Assembly: GCA_946965045.2 (NCBI GenBank)
Contig: OX337235.1
Coordinates: 930,001 to 994,000 of the forward strand
Length of the DNA stretch: 64,000 bases
Source of the DNA: Epithemia pelagica
Taxonomy: Eukaryota; Protista; Bacillariophyta
Reading direction: 5' to 3'
Shown here: in pieces, positions 42,351 to 54,751 of the stretch
How the letters are laid out: each line of letters opens with the position of its first letter
Position numbering within the stretch: position 1 is the first letter of the stretch
The notes under the pieces: generated by a model
Told to the model about the DNA's origin: nothing
Databases searched by the model: none
The model's input: the letters and a program-made list of their open reading frames with translations, nothing else
Made by a program: the position numbers and the translations under genes

Positions 42351-44489
42351 TCAAACTCTCCCAGTGTCGGGCGCATCTTCTTCGGTCCATCCAACGGCCT
42401 CCAAGACTGAGCCAGCCAAGTACAAAGAGCCTGTCGCCATGACGTGCCACTTGGTCGATTCGTTCCATGGCACATTGTCAAGTATTGGTTGTTGGGTCTG
42501 ATGCTGCTGTTCCTGTTGCTGCACAAAAGCCAATGCCTCGGTGACGGAATCCAAGCATGCCGTCGTGGTGGGAACAACCCCCGTCGATTTCAAGGCGTGC
42601 TGCTCCAAGTGTTCCCATACAATCTGTAATGTCTCTTGCCATGTTGTAGCCTCCTCCTCTGTGGTGTTGTTGTTGTCCGTTCCAGTATCACTATCAGTGG
42701 GAGGGTCCCGACCATTTATGGTTTGCAAGAGTTGTCGAGCCGAGGGTGGTGTCATGGTACTGGGTCGTTGTGCCGTGGGTGGACAAAAACAAACCACATC
42801 AAACAACAAATGGACACCATGTCTCGTCGTCCTCAAAAGCTCTTGCATCAACTCGATGGGATTCTTTTCATGACTGCAATAAAAGAGCAGGGCCCGGCGA
42901 TCCTTCTGCTTGTCTGCAGACGACGACGACGATACGGCCTTGTCCTGAAACCAGTCGACTGCCACGTGAATGGATTGAACCGTGTGCGCACCATCAATGT
43001 AGAGCGTTAACGTAGGGGACACTTCCACCGTTTGACATCGTCCGGGCCAGGAAACCAGGGACAAGGCCTTGTGCCAGGGTGCCAATGAATCGTCTTTGGA
43101 GGATGGTATTGGTCCTCCGAATGAGGACGTCGTATGCGTACTACCCAACAAGTCTTGTACGAGGGCCACCGCCAAGAGAGCATTGTCGCGTTGATGACTC
43201 CCCGCCAAACCGAGTTGGTCGGGCAGATAGGGAAGCAGGTGTGGCGTGTCGGTGGGACCCACGAGCTGCAAGGCTCCACCCCGTCCTTCCGTGGTGGCAC
43301 ACTGCGCCAAGACCTCACGGACACTGCTGACATTGGATTCCAGAGCAAAAAACGTGTGACGAGGAGTCATTGGTGTTGTATCCGTGCCGTCACTGGTGTG
43401 TGGCTGCTGAGGTTGGTATCGAGCTTCGGAGGAACCTGGTTTGGGTGTCATGTGGACCCAATCTTGTTTGTCGACTTGAAAAATGCCCGCCTTTTCCCAG
43501 GCAATTTCGGGCAAGGTGTGACCCAACACACGCACATGATCGTAATCAATCAAGGTAACGCCACACACCATGCGTCGGTGGCAATTCCCAACATCCTTTT
43601 GATCGTCGTCGACGTCGTTGTCCACAGATGGAGGAGGAGCGTTCAGTGGGTTCCCAAAACACGGAGGAGGATGGTTGTCAAAGAGATTGGTGGCGTCGTA
43701 CCGTCCTCCCATGCCCACTTCCAAGACAATGACATCGAGTGGAGGACGTTGATAGGTGGCAAAAATGTGACATGCCATGAGTGTCAACATGCGAAAATAT
43801 CCAGGCAAAATGGGCAATTCGTCCATTCTACTAGTAGGATTCGTACCAGTGTCGTTGGTCGATGATGATGCGGTCTCACTGGTTGCCTTTGTCTTGTCGT
43901 CGTTGTCGTCGTCTTTGGATACCTTGTTGGCCGCTGCTTGCTCTTCGAGAGCGGTCCGAACCGTCCAATAGGCCTTCCCAAAGACGGCTTTGGAGGTGGG
44001 TCGACCCTGGATCCGAATCCGTTCTCGAATGTCACACAAATGAGGACTGGTAAACAGACCCGTCTGTTTGCCGTACACCAGTCGACACAAGGCTTCGCAC
44101 ATGACGGCTGTGGATCCCTTGCCTTTGGTACCGGCAATATGGATAATTTGCGGTCCATGACGACGACTTGCAGCACCTGTTTCCTCCTCTTGTGTGGCAA
44201 AAAGAACGGGCACTTGGGCCTGTCTCAACCGGTGCAAATACGTGCGCATTTCCACCACGGTCCAATGCCGTTGAGCATTGGCCCGTTCTTGCGCCGCACG
44301 TGATTTCGTTCCTTGATTGTGCAAGGGGCCATAGAGCGCCGATACAGCGGACTCAAACAAGTCGGAGGATGACGACGACGGTTCCTGGCCCATGTTCTTG
44401 CGATTGTGAGGAATGGTCATGCCCATTGCGAAAGATCCTTTTGGTGTGGTTGTGTCATGAAAGATTTCACGTTTGGGCGGTTTTGTCAT
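42351..44489 (-). CDS. FPGS: Folylpolyglutamate synthase
   Basis: IHIAGTKGKGST, TGLFTSPHL..RERIRI, LEVGMGGRYDATN, IAWEKAGIF, WPGRCQ, IDGAHT and GSLYLAGSVL. Confidence 0.95.
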   Translation of the reverse strand: MTKPPKREIFHDTTTPKGSFAMGMTIPHNRKNMGQEPSSSSSDLFESAVSALYGPLHNQGTKSRAAQERANAQRHWTVVEMRTYLHRLRQAQVPVLFATQEEETGAASRRHGPQIIHIAGTKGKGSTAVMCEALCRLVYGKQTGLFTSPHLCDIRERIRIQGRPTSKAVFGKAYWTVRTALEEQAAANKVSKDDDNDDKTKATSETASSSTNDTGTNPTSRMDELPILPGYFRMLTLMACHIFATYQRPPLDVIVLEVGMGGRYDATNLFDNHPPPCFGNPLNAPPPSVDNDVDDDQKDVGNCHRRMVCGVTLIDYDHVRVLGHTLPEIAWEKAGIFQVDKQDWVHMTPKPGSSEARYQPQQPHTSDGTDTTPMTPRHTFFALESNVSSVREVLAQCATTEGRGGALQLVGPTDTPHLLPYLPDQLGLAGSHQRDNALLAVALVQDLLGSTHTTSSFGGPIPSSKDDSLAPWHKALSLVSWPGRCQTVEVSPTLTLYIDGAHTVQSIHVAVDWFQDKAVSSSSSADKQKDRRALLFYCSHEKNPIELMQELLRTTRHGVHLLFDVVCFCPPTAQRPSTMTPPSARQLLQTINGRDPPTDSDTGTDNNNTTEEEATTWQETLQIVWEHLEQHALKSTGVVPTTTACLDSVTEALAFVQQQEQQHQTQQPILDNVPWNESTKWHVMATGSLYLAGSVLEAVGWTEEDAPDTGRV

Positions 44490-45491
44490 GTCATTTTATA
44501 TGACAATTCAGATAATTTATGAGCTCTACACGCTCGGAATACATCTCTCTGGTCGGATGACAGACAGACTGTATCAGGTCGGAACCACATGCTCGTCCCC
44601 TTTGTGTTCTTCTTCCTGTTCTACAACAACCGTATTACCTTACACAGCAGCAGCAACGACGACGACTTCCATAGTTTAAAAGAGAGAAAGATCTGTCTTC
44701 AGAGCACTAGATCATGCCATGGACCAAGCACAACACGAAAAAATTGGGAAGGAATCTTCTTCGTCCGTAGTATCGTAGTACTATCAAGATGCATGGAATG
44801 GACAAGGGACACGACGAGGGATGTTCTGTAGGACCTGGAAGCATACTAACTGTGAAACAAAAGTGCACCTGTTGTGATCTTGGTAGGTAGATGCTAGTTG
44901 TCGTGCGTGCTAGGTAGTCGACGCAATCCTCTGAATTTCTTCCTCGCACACCAGGATGGGACATAGCAATGGACTATTATTTTACGCGCCGTACCATGGC
45001 ACCGTTCGTCGGGTCCAATTCAAAATTGCCGTTTGCCGAAGGGATGTACACATCATTCTCATTGTCGTGTTTGGAAGGTGCAAGAACTCCAGAAACACGT
45101 ATTTTCTATTCTCGTATAGTTCGTCGATTTGAAAAAGTGAGAGCGTGCGATGCGAACCTGCGAGACCAAGATCTGCCGGGTGGCTCGCAGTCGCAGAATG
45201 CAGAATGCCGAGCCCAGAGTGTAGAGAGAGTACGATACGGTACTGCTATATACAGGAAAGAATAGGGAATTGCGCGCAGGACGCAGAACGGTACCTGTCA
45301 CCCTGTACTCTCTTTTCTATAGTCAAGAGTGACAACTTTAGAGTGAGAGGAGCGAACAATGGGAACTCCGTCGGATTTGCAGCGATCGCGATTCGCAATT
45401 TCGCAATGGGGCGATCTTGCATTTCGCACCTCTTTCCCACACCGATCAAACTAGGAACGAGTGGCATCTCGGTAGCACAACGACAATCACC

Positions 45492-47246
45492 ATGCCACTG
45501 ACTACAACAACTACTACTTCGACAACTACAACATCGACGACGACAATCGCGTCGTCGTCCTCCTCTTCGCAAAGCGCCCTCGTGTCGAGTGCCCGCACCC
45601 TTCAAGGGACGACAACGGCATGGAACACCAACCACACGACACTGGTCTTGGACGGCGAGAAACAGGGCACCTATATTGCCCGCTTGGTGTTTTGTTTGGA
45701 AGCCTGCCTCGGCAAACTCCAAGTCACCACCACGACGCATCCACAATTGTTGGTGAGTTTGGAACGCATGGCGTGTCTCATTCATGAATCCATGAGTGTG
45801 TCGTCTCGAAACTACCATTCCGTCCAACATGTCTTTGATGTTGCCCAACCCCTGGATGGAGACGACGAAGATCCCATTGCGATTATTGCCGCTCTCTTTC
45901 ACGATTGTGTCTACTACCACGTGGATGGAGGACTGAGCGATTTGCAATACGACAAGTTGCGTGGAGCCATCGTGGAACCGAATCAGCAGCCGCAAGATGC
46001 ATCGTCTTCTATGGGAGATGGTAGCTGTGTCCGCAGGGAAACTTCGCTCCATATTCCAATGTACGAAGCACACCAGACGACACCCTGTGCCGAAGATGAG
46101 CTCTTGTGTTTGGTGGAAAAGGTATTTGGATACCAAAGTGGACAAAAAGTGACGCATCAAAATGGTTTAAATGAGTTTTTATCGGCTGTTATTTGCGTGC
46201 GAGAATTGGATGCTTTTTTGCCCCGATCCATCTTGGCGCAAATTGCGTGTTGCATTGAAGCGACCATACCCTTTCGAGATGTCGACAAGGAAACCGGAAA
46301 AACCTGCATGGAAAAACTGTTTGAGAACTTGTCGCAAGCCAATGAATACGTTCAACTCGGTCTTTCCACCGACGAACGAGTTTATGCCGTCCAACGAGCC
46401 GCCAAATTGGCCAATTCCGATGTGGCGAATTTCGGTACCACCGATGTCATGTGGTTTTTGGACAATACCTGGTCGCTCTTGCCAGAATCCAACGAAGGCT
46501 TGCGCCGCAAGTACTTGTATACAGTGGAACAATTTCAGTTTGCCATTTTCAAAATGTATGGCTTTTTCAACTTTTTGCAAGCTCGTGTGGTCTTTCCCCA
46601 TTTTCAAGGTGTCCCCTCCCCCCAAGTCTTGGCCGAACGGGTGGCCAATGCGGAACGCAATTTACAAGTCGGTCGTAAGTACTTGGGAGCCAAACTCTTG
46701 AGTTTGTCCGTCTTGGCAGCCTTTGCCGAATTGACTGGTGGGGATGCCCCCATTTCCCTCTTTATGGGCGATTTGCCCAGTCGCCATCGGATTGTCACCA
46801 AACCACCCCGGTTGGATACCAATGAACAAAATTCCGAAAACTTGGCATTTGTGGGAGGTAGTCATCCCTATCCTCCGATGGAAGATGGTGGCAGTGCCAT
46901 TCCCAATAGTGACACTTTGAATCACGAAGAAAAGAAAAACACTAACGAAACGGCTCATCCCAAGTTTGACTCGGACGCCTACGAGGTATTGTTCAAGGGC
47001 CGCCGGTCGGCCTCCTTCTTTGATGTGAAGCAATCTCCCATGGCGGCCTATTTGTATCGCATAGTGGGCGATGAGGAACTCGAAGCCGTCCTCAAAGATG
47101 TCAAGGTGTATCCCATGACAACGGATGTGGCTCGAGCCTTGTTGCGACGACTCCCCCGAGCAGCTGTTACCGAAGTTTCCAAACACATGGCCGAAGTCGC
47201 CATTACTCGAACCGACAAGATCTTTGCCGTCATGGAGACGCTGTAA
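45492..47246 (+). CDS. HD-like domain protein, bacterial-type, tandem copy 1
   Basis: RNYHSVQHVF, ALFHDCVYYHVDG, NEFLSA, CIEATIPF, ANSDVANF and FLDNTWSLLPE. Intronless. The ATG at 45492 is preferred over the upstream alternative start. Confidence 0.8.
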   Translation: MPLTTTTTTSTTTTSTTTIASSSSSSQSALVSSARTLQGTTTAWNTNHTTLVLDGEKQGTYIARLVFCLEACLGKLQVTTTTHPQLLVSLERMACLIHESMSVSSRNYHSVQHVFDVAQPLDGDDEDPIAIIAALFHDCVYYHVDGGLSDLQYDKLRGAIVEPNQQPQDASSSMGDGSCVRRETSLHIPMYEAHQTTPCAEDELLCLVEKVFGYQSGQKVTHQNGLNEFLSAVICVRELDAFLPRSILAQIACCIEATIPFRDVDKETGKTCMEKLFENLSQANEYVQLGLSTDERVYAVQRAAKLANSDVANFGTTDVMWFLDNTWSLLPESNEGLRRKYLYTVEQFQFAIFKMYGFFNFLQARVVFPHFQGVPSPQVLAERVANAERNLQVGRKYLGAKLLSLSVLAAFAELTGGDAPISLFMGDLPSRHRIVTKPPRLDTNEQNSENLAFVGGSHPYPPMEDGGSAIPNSDTLNHEEKKNTNETAHPKFDSDAYEVLFKGRRSASFFDVKQSPMAAYLYRIVGDEELEAVLKDVKVYPMTTDVARALLRRLPRAAVTEVSKHMAEVAITRTDKIFAVMETL

Positions 47247-48116
47247 TCGGAAAAGTTGGACGGAAATCGCCTTTGCCTATACCACTTTCTGATTGACGTA
47301 CTTCCGTATCGGATTTTCTTCTCGGTACTCCCGACAAGTCGATTGAGATTGCCTTCGACCAGAGCGGCTTGCCTACCTTCACGGACTTGCTCCTTCAAGA
47401 AAACAAGATAAAGAACCTTGGCGCCAACACGACGTAGATAGCCGTAGTGTATCAATAGGAGTAGAATCATCTATCCTCTCTATGCTTTGGACAATCCCCA
47501 AACTATATGGGGTCGTGGATAGGTCGCGCTATTGAGTTTGGGGGATATTGCACGCAAGAATGGGCCACAAAAAGAAAGAGAATACACTCACTGTAGTAAG
47601 ATTTTAATTACTCGTATATGTAGTACTTCGAAGAATGGTGGGGGCTGTGGGCTGTTGCGTAGACTCCGAAAGGTTTATTCTTCTACTATACTTTCCATTC
47701 TATTGTGAGCACGTGTTCCTAATATTAATTCGAGATTATTCATTATTTTTTGTATTGTCGCCCGCACGTTCGACGCCCAAATCCCGAAGATGTTCTGCGA
47801 TCACGCTAGAGAGTTTGACATGGGCTCAAATGCGCATTCGCTTTATACGGAATACCAAGCGGTCGATTTAATTCTACATACGGGATCAATTCACCACACA
47901 CGCTCCGTGATGTTATCCGTGATGCGTGATGGTGATGGGATGATCCGAAATCAGAACGGCTCCAACAGGCGGCTTTCTCACGACAGCAGCAGTAGACCAC
48001 AGACAAAAGAAGAGAAGAAGAGAACTCGTAGCGAGTGCCGTCAAAAGTCAAACGCAAGGAGAGAAAATCCTCGGTTGACAACGGCACGCGATAGGGAGAC
48101 AAAGAGATCATCAACC

Positions 48117-49748
48117 ATGGTGCTGCCAGCTTCTTGTTCGTCGTTATCGGAAGAAAGCACGGAACCAGTGCTCCGAAGGCTTTCGACGGCACATCAAACA
48201 TCGGACCGTGCCTTATCCATGCCCAAAGCCAAACGGTCTACCTACATTGCTCGATTGATTTTGTGTTTGGAAGAGTGTCTCCGGCCCTTGGGAGTGTCCA
48301 CCTTGACGCACCCAGATTTGTTGGTCAGTCTGGAGCGCATCTCTTGTTTTATTCACGAATCCATGAGTATATCCTCTCGGAACTACCACTCGGTCCAACA
48401 TGTCTTTGATGTCGCCGAGGGAATGGACGAAGAAGATCCCATTGGAGTCATTGCGGCACTCTTTCACGATTGTGTCTACTACCACGTGGATGGAGGACTG
48501 AGCGATTTGCAATATGACAAGTTACGCGGCGTCATTAGCTCGCAAAGTGGACCGGTCTGCACGAACCCAGGAGAAAATGGAGGAGCTCATATCCCATTGT
48601 ATCAAGCACAAACATCCAATGTGGTGGATATCTCCAAAGATAATTTGGTTCTTTCCATGGTGGAAAAAGTCTTTGGATATACACAAGGACAAACAGTCAA
48701 TCATCAAAATGGATTGAACGAATTTTTGTCGGCAGTCATTTGTGTACGAGAACTGGAACCCTTTTTGTCCAAGGCTATTTTGGCACAATTGGCCTGTTGC
48801 ATTGAAGCTACGATTCCCTTTCGACCGGACGATAAGGAAACAGGAAAAACCTGCATGGAAAAATTGTATGATCGAATGGTAAGTGTCAATGAGTCCTTCC
48901 AATTGGGCATGTCGCAACAAGAATTGGTTCAATCCATACAACGCGCGGCGGATTTGAGCAATTCCGATGTGGCAAACTTTGGAACGAACGATGTCATGTG
49001 GTTTTTGGACAATACCTGGAGTTTGTTACCAGAGTCCAACGAAGGCTTGCGTCGCCAATACTTGTCGTCGGTGCAACAATTTCAATTCGCCGTCTTTAAA
49101 ATGTACGGGTTTTTCAACTTTCTCAAGGCACCCGTAATTTTTTGCGGCTTTTGCGGCAAACCGGCACCGCACGTCTTGGAACAACGGGTCCACAATGCCG
49201 AACGCAATTTGGAATTGGGACGCAAATATGTGGGCGCCAAACTTTTGAGTTTGTCCGTCTTGGCGGCCTTTGCGGAGTTGACGGGAGGTGATGCCCCCAT
49301 TTCCCTCTTTATGGGCGATTTGCCCAGTCGAACCAATGGCAGTACCACCATGATCACTGGTCAAGCCGGCAACGACGGCAAACGGAATAGCAAAATCATG
49401 TCCTTTTCGGAACGGATTGTGGAAGAAAGTCAATTGTATCCTGACAATGACACTGCTACCAACATTGATGCCGATGTGTATGAAGTTTTGTCCAAGGGAC
49501 GACGAACGGAAACCACCTTTGATGTCAAGCAATCGCCCATGGCGGCCTATCTTTACAGTATTCTGGGAGATGACGAGTTTCTAGCCATTCTTCAAGATAC
49601 GCAACTATATCCCATGACCACGGAAGTGGCCTGGGCCTTGTTGCGACGATTGCCGCGATCGGCTATCATTGAAATTTCTAAACACATTCAATATGTCGCC
49701 ATTTCTCGAACCGAAAAGATTGCCGCAATCATGGCGGAATTTCAATAA
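48117..49748 (+). CDS. HD-like domain protein, tandem copy 2
   Basis: Collinear paralog of 45492-47246 with the same motifs. The start may be upstream (frame open from 47790). Confidence 0.8.
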   Translation: MVLPASCSSLSEESTEPVLRRLSTAHQTSDRALSMPKAKRSTYIARLILCLEECLRPLGVSTLTHPDLLVSLERISCFIHESMSISSRNYHSVQHVFDVAEGMDEEDPIGVIAALFHDCVYYHVDGGLSDLQYDKLRGVISSQSGPVCTNPGENGGAHIPLYQAQTSNVVDISKDNLVLSMVEKVFGYTQGQTVNHQNGLNEFLSAVICVRELEPFLSKAILAQLACCIEATIPFRPDDKETGKTCMEKLYDRMVSVNESFQLGMSQQELVQSIQRAADLSNSDVANFGTNDVMWFLDNTWSLLPESNEGLRRQYLSSVQQFQFAVFKMYGFFNFLKAPVIFCGFCGKPAPHVLEQRVHNAERNLELGRKYVGAKLLSLSVLAAFAELTGGDAPISLFMGDLPSRTNGSTTMITGQAGNDGKRNSKIMSFSERIVEESQLYPDNDTATNIDADVYEVLSKGRRTETTFDVKQSPMAAYLYSILGDDEFLAILQDTQLYPMTTEVAWALLRRLPRSAIIEISKHIQYVAISRTEKIAAIMAEFQ

Positions 49749-50508
49749 TGTAAATGTGTACGGACTACGCTGTTCAGGAACAATGCAACCAAACGATGAC
49801 TTGTTGTGGAACATGTTTTCCTGTATGGGGAATAGGAGAAACAGATGGAAAATAGAATCCAGGAGTCTTTGCTGTGTCATTGTTTCCGCTGTGGTGTGTA
49901 TATCAGACACTGTGGGACCGGTTCCCGCCTTGCCGTGTCAATTTGAAATTAACTTGTTCTCGCTCTTGTCGACATTGGACGAACGACTCTTTTCTCTATT
50001 ATTTCGGTCGCATGCATGAAAGATGAATGAATCAATGGACGAATTAATCCTCCAGAAGGTAAATAACCTCTTGTGTGGGTTGAACTATTATTGGATTGCG
50101 CGTATTGTCTTTTCTCTATCTACCGGTAGGTAGGAGTAGTGTTCCCTTTTCCCTAGGTAGATTCTGCCATGATCGTGATCCCGCCGCGGCGGGGATACAT
50201 TTCCATTGGGGTTCGGGTTAAGATCGTGGAGTCGTGCATCTATCGCGTTGGCTTGCAATTTTCCATCCACTCTCACTCTCTCATCTGCACTCAACAAAGA
50301 TAGGAACAAGAGCGAAGCAACACACAAGCACAAGTGTAGCTGTACTTAGAGAGACTCCAAGAATCTTTTTCTTTGTCGACAACATCACATTGTCGTGCAC
50401 CGTTTTGTAACCCTTTGAGTTGGGTCGATTCCTTGGTTCCTCGTACTGCCAAACGAGACTGGAAGAACGCCCCTCCCTACACGAAATAGACGTTGACCTT
50501 GTTACCTT

Positions 50509-52791
50509 ATGAAGCAATCAAAGAGCCAAAACGTCTCAAACAATAGCAGTTTTGGTACCATGCGACTGTTAAATACTGTCATGACCCTTTGTGGCTGTGC
50601 CATTGTCTTGTCTGGTCTTTTGAGCTTTCAGAGTCGAATGAAGCGACCGTCTCGCGATTTTCAACAACAACCACTTGCCGAAGGAGGAATGTTTATGGGA
50701 CGGTTCCTCGAAGAGCAACAAGATGCGGATCCTACATCCGACGATGACGAAATTGCGCATGATGATACCTGTCGCAACTACTTGAAACAATTCTTGAATG
50801 GGAGCACGGACTTTAGTGACGAATGTGCGGGCATTTACAATGCCTACACGGCCGCCGACTGCAAGGATGAGCAAATCAACAATTTCATCGCAAGTGATCC
50901 AACCTCCGCCTTGAACAATAACAACTCGGCCGCTCTGATTGATGACTTTTTTGAATCCTGGGTCTGTTGCGACCACATTTCCACTTATTATGGCAAGCAT
51001 TGCAAACAAGAAAGTTTGGATGCCACTCGTTTATTTGGGATTGTGGCTGTCCTCATTACCTGTTGGTTGGCCAAGAGTTTGTTGCGTGTGGGTGGATGTC
51101 AGTGGATTCCCGACGCCGGTGCCTGCATTCTGGTGGGAGCCTTGGTCGGCGCCATTTTACGCTTCATGACCAGCGCCGAAGAAATTAACAAGCGCATGAT
51201 CTTCAACAACAACTTGTTTTTGCAGATTCTCCTTCCACCGATCATCTTTGAAGCAGCCTTGTCCATCAACAAGAGAGCCTTTCGACGAGATTTGTTCCCC
51301 ATTCTCACCTTTGCCGTCATTGGAACGGGCATGAGTGCACTTGCCATAGGATACATTACCTTTGAGGTCTCCAAACTTGGATCGGGAACCCATTTGCCAT
51401 TTTTGGAATCTTTATTGTTTGGAGCTCTCATGTCCTCCATTGATCCTGTCGCGACGCTCAGTATTCTGCTGGGCGTGGGAGTGGGACAAGGCGATACATT
51501 GTATACCTTGGTCTTTGGTGAATCTCTCCTCAACGATGGTGTATCCATTGTCTTGTTTGACAGTTTGGTTCGCCATGTGGGAGACGAAGATGTCGTAGGT
51601 CAAGCAGCCTTGTCGGAAGTCATGTTTCATTTTGCACTCGTCACGGTGGGATCCGTTGCGGTCGGTCTCTTTTGTGGAGCCCTCTGCACCTTTTATTTTT
51701 GGGCCATGCAAGGGCAACATACCGCCATTGCCGAAGGAGCTCTTTTTTTCACCTGGGCACTCATCCCCTACTACATTGCGGATGCCTTTGAATTGAGTGG
51801 TATTATCAGTATCATGGTACGTTTGTGTGACAGCAACAAGAACACCGGGTACAGGGGAGCATTTACTCACTGATATGGATGTGATTGCCAGGTGATGGGA
51901 TTCATGTTGGACTATTATGTCATTGGAGGATTTGAAGATGAGCGAGCCGAATGGAACACCTTGACGCAAATGGACAGTCAACAGGCCGAAGAGAGCATTC
52001 ACCCGGTAGAACCACTCTTTGAACGATTCAAGCACTGGTGTGAGTTGGCCTTTTCCGGCAAGGGACACATGCAAGATCATTCTCGCAGTTCGGTGGGCTA
52101 TGTGGCGGAAGTGATTTCGTCGATTGTCGAAACGGCCATCTTTGCTTATTTGGGACTGTTTCTCTTTAATGACAACAAGGGCGTCTTTAAACTAACGGCA
52201 GCCGGTGTCTTTGCCTGTGTCTCGAGTCGAGCTGTCATGGTGGTGGTTCTTTGTGCCTTGATTAATATTTGCGTGTGGTGTGATTTGGAATACAACTTGA
52301 CCAATCTCTGGAGGACGGTCCGTGGCCGAGGCGACATGGTCATGGCGCGACAAACCTACGAATCGGCCGAGCACAAAATGTATTTGGGTGCCCGAACTCA
52401 ATTCATTTTGTTTACCGCCGGCATTCGAGGAGCCGTCTCCTATGCCTTGGTTCAAAACATTCCCGTCTATGACGCGGTGAGTCGGCATGGATCGATTTTC
52501 AAGGGAGAATTGCGGGCCATGACGTCGGCAACGATTGTGGGTGTCTTGTTTGTCTTTGGGGCTTTGACGTACTTTGGCATTAACAAACGAACTTGTTTTA
52601 GTTCACGAGCCAACCATCCGGCCATTCCGGTAGGGGAAGATTCTGAAACGACCCTTTCACAATTATTGATGCAAGATGCCGAACGGTTGGCCGCGTCAGA
52701 AGAGGAACGAGAACGAGCCTCATCGTTTGAAGTGGATGCTCGTCACTTACAGAGTCAACGACATGTCCACAACGAACATCGACTGGCATGA
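50509..52791 (+). CDS. Na+/H+ exchanger (CPA1/NHE-NHX family); intron 51817-51891
   Basis: LLPPIIFEAA, LFGALMSSIDPVATL, VFGESLLNDGVSIVLF, LSGIISIM and GIRGAVSYAL. Multiple hydrophobic segments. The GT..AG intron keeps the frame. Confidence 0.93.
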
Positions 52792-53235
52792 GGACTGCCT
52801 TTGATTCTTCCTGCTTGTATAATAATCCTTTTTAACCTCCCTTTTCATTCGAATTGTCAAGTACTGGATTTCAAAGGTAGTCTGCTTGTTGTCCTAGCAT
52901 TGACCAAAACACAGACTATAACAGAATTACGTTGGTTGAGTGGCCAGGAAAATTCTGGACAAACAGGAAAGAAACTCTACTAGGGGAGAAGACATCATTT
53001 TTAGGCATTCATACAATCGTTGTTTAGTATGATTCATTGGTTTATGTATAATTCAGTATAGTAATAGCAAGCAACATGTACAAGATGGCGCGCTCACACA
53101 ACAAAGGAACCGCGCACGACAGCAAACAGCGCACAACAACACAATTGCAAAAAATGACTGCTGGTCCGACCGCATGTGGTGCCCCGTGAGTGTCTCATGG
53201 CAACAAACGAGATACCAAACGATCCTTCTCTCTAA

Positions 53236-54354
53236 CTAGCCCCAAAAACTCCAGGCATCTCGTCTCCAGGCCGCATTCTTTTTCTTGGCCTGTTTGGCAA
53301 TCATTTGTTCCACAATCTTGTCCAAGGATTGTTTCAAGGCAAAGCGTTCTTCGAGCACGGGCCGCACATCTTCACAGGCATTCAATTCCTCCAACAATTG
53401 CGGAATGCTTTGCAAACTAGTATCCTCGGGGTCATTGAAAAAGCTGGGAACCAAAATTCCATTCGATGGATTGGACAAAAAACTCAGTGGATGATTGTCA
53501 ATCAAGACTGTGCGGGCCAAATTGGGAATGGGCAAGGTGGACAAATTCTTGACGTAGGCACCCGTGGCACTGTCGTACGTACAGGACGAACGATACCATC
53601 GAGCGGCAAATTTGGTACCATCCGGATCCAATTTGTCCAACAAGGGATTGGCATAACTGGGCAAGGAGGCGGTAAAAATGTGCGTTTCGTACTTGGAGGT
53701 AATCTCTTCCAAAAAGGCTGGCAATCCGGGGCGGACATTGACCAAGACCAATGGAGCACCATCCGGAAGTTGGACCCGAAAATGATCTACCGGTGTCCCT
53801 TTATCGTTTCGTCGTCGAATTTGGAGTTGATGGGCCAGGACTTGCGCCATGGAAGGATTGGTCAAGAATTGAGAATGCAACAAACATTCGTCCATATCCA
53901 ACACCACAATCAAATCCGAATCGTACTGTCGCTTGCGCACAAATTCCTGGGCATTCGTGGACGACGTGGTCACTTGAGGTGGTGGTGGTGGAGGGGAGGA
54001 GGAGGGAGGTGCCACCAAATCGTGGACATGAAAGGCCACCGGTTTGCCATTCACCAACGGACGGCGTTGGCGCAATCGAGGATCCACCACCGCACCGCGT
54101 TGTCGCTTGTTGTTATTGTGATGGTGGTGAAGAAAACTCGAGGAATGCTCCGTGGCAGCCGCAGAGGCGGCGGTGGTAGACGACCCGGTCGTCGTACACA
54201 AGGACGATTGACAGCGAGCCGCCGCCGACGACGACAAGTGCATCCACAAGTGGCCGTTTCCTGCCATACTGCCGCGGGCTTCGCGTTTCAACAAACAAGT
54301 CATTAAGCTCTTACGAAAGCTCATGGTGGTCATTGGAGCCTGTGCTTGAAACAT
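53236..54354 (-). CDS. FCP1/SCP1-like (NIF) HAD phosphatase
   Basis: VVLDMDECLLHS, VNVRPGL, IFTAS..SYA, YRSSC, YVKNLS and VLIDNHP. Likely start at MFQAQAP (54354). Confidence 0.9.
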   Translation of the reverse strand: MFQAQAPMTTMSFRKSLMTCLLKREARGSMAGNGHLWMHLSSSAAARCQSSLCTTTGSSTTAASAAATEHSSSFLHHHHNNNKRQRGAVVDPRLRQRRPLVNGKPVAFHVHDLVAPPSSSPPPPPPQVTTSSTNAQEFVRKRQYDSDLIVVLDMDECLLHSQFLTNPSMAQVLAHQLQIRRRNDKGTPVDHFRVQLPDGAPLVLVNVRPGLPAFLEEITSKYETHIFTASLPSYANPLLDKLDPDGTKFAARWYRSSCTYDSATGAYVKNLSTLPIPNLARTVLIDNHPLSFLSNPSNGILVPSFFNDPEDTSLQSIPQLLEELNACEDVRPVLEERFALKQSLDKIVEQMIAKQAKKKNAAWRRDAWSFWG

Positions 54355-54751
54355 GATGGTGCTTGTTGTTGATGGCTGTAGTGACAGAACGAATGAAAGA
54401 TACGAAATAAAAAAGTGCAAAATCCGGCTCAATAGCGAAAGCAATGGAGTCAAAACTTGAATGACTGAATCGATTGGATTGGTTCAGCGGCTCAAACAAA
54501 ACGTCGTGAACTCTTGTCACTCTCTGCTTCGTTGAGGACGTTGATAGGTTATATTATAAGACTGTTGAGAGATGGCTGAATGTGTCTGTCACAAACAAGG
54601 ACAATAAGACACAACAACAAACGCGAATTGACTCTAAAGTGGTGTGGTTACTACGATCAATGGGGGAAGTTTTTTGGTTATGGCTTTGGTGAATTTGTGT
54701 GGGTTTTTGGGCCACCAAGGATGCACGTGTGCGCTATACTCCACTCCAAAT

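Noticed and set aside
53236-54354. TIM50 assignment
   Set aside because: It retains a DxDxC catalytic-type motif and has no clear transmembrane anchor before the domain; SCP/FCP-like is the safer call.
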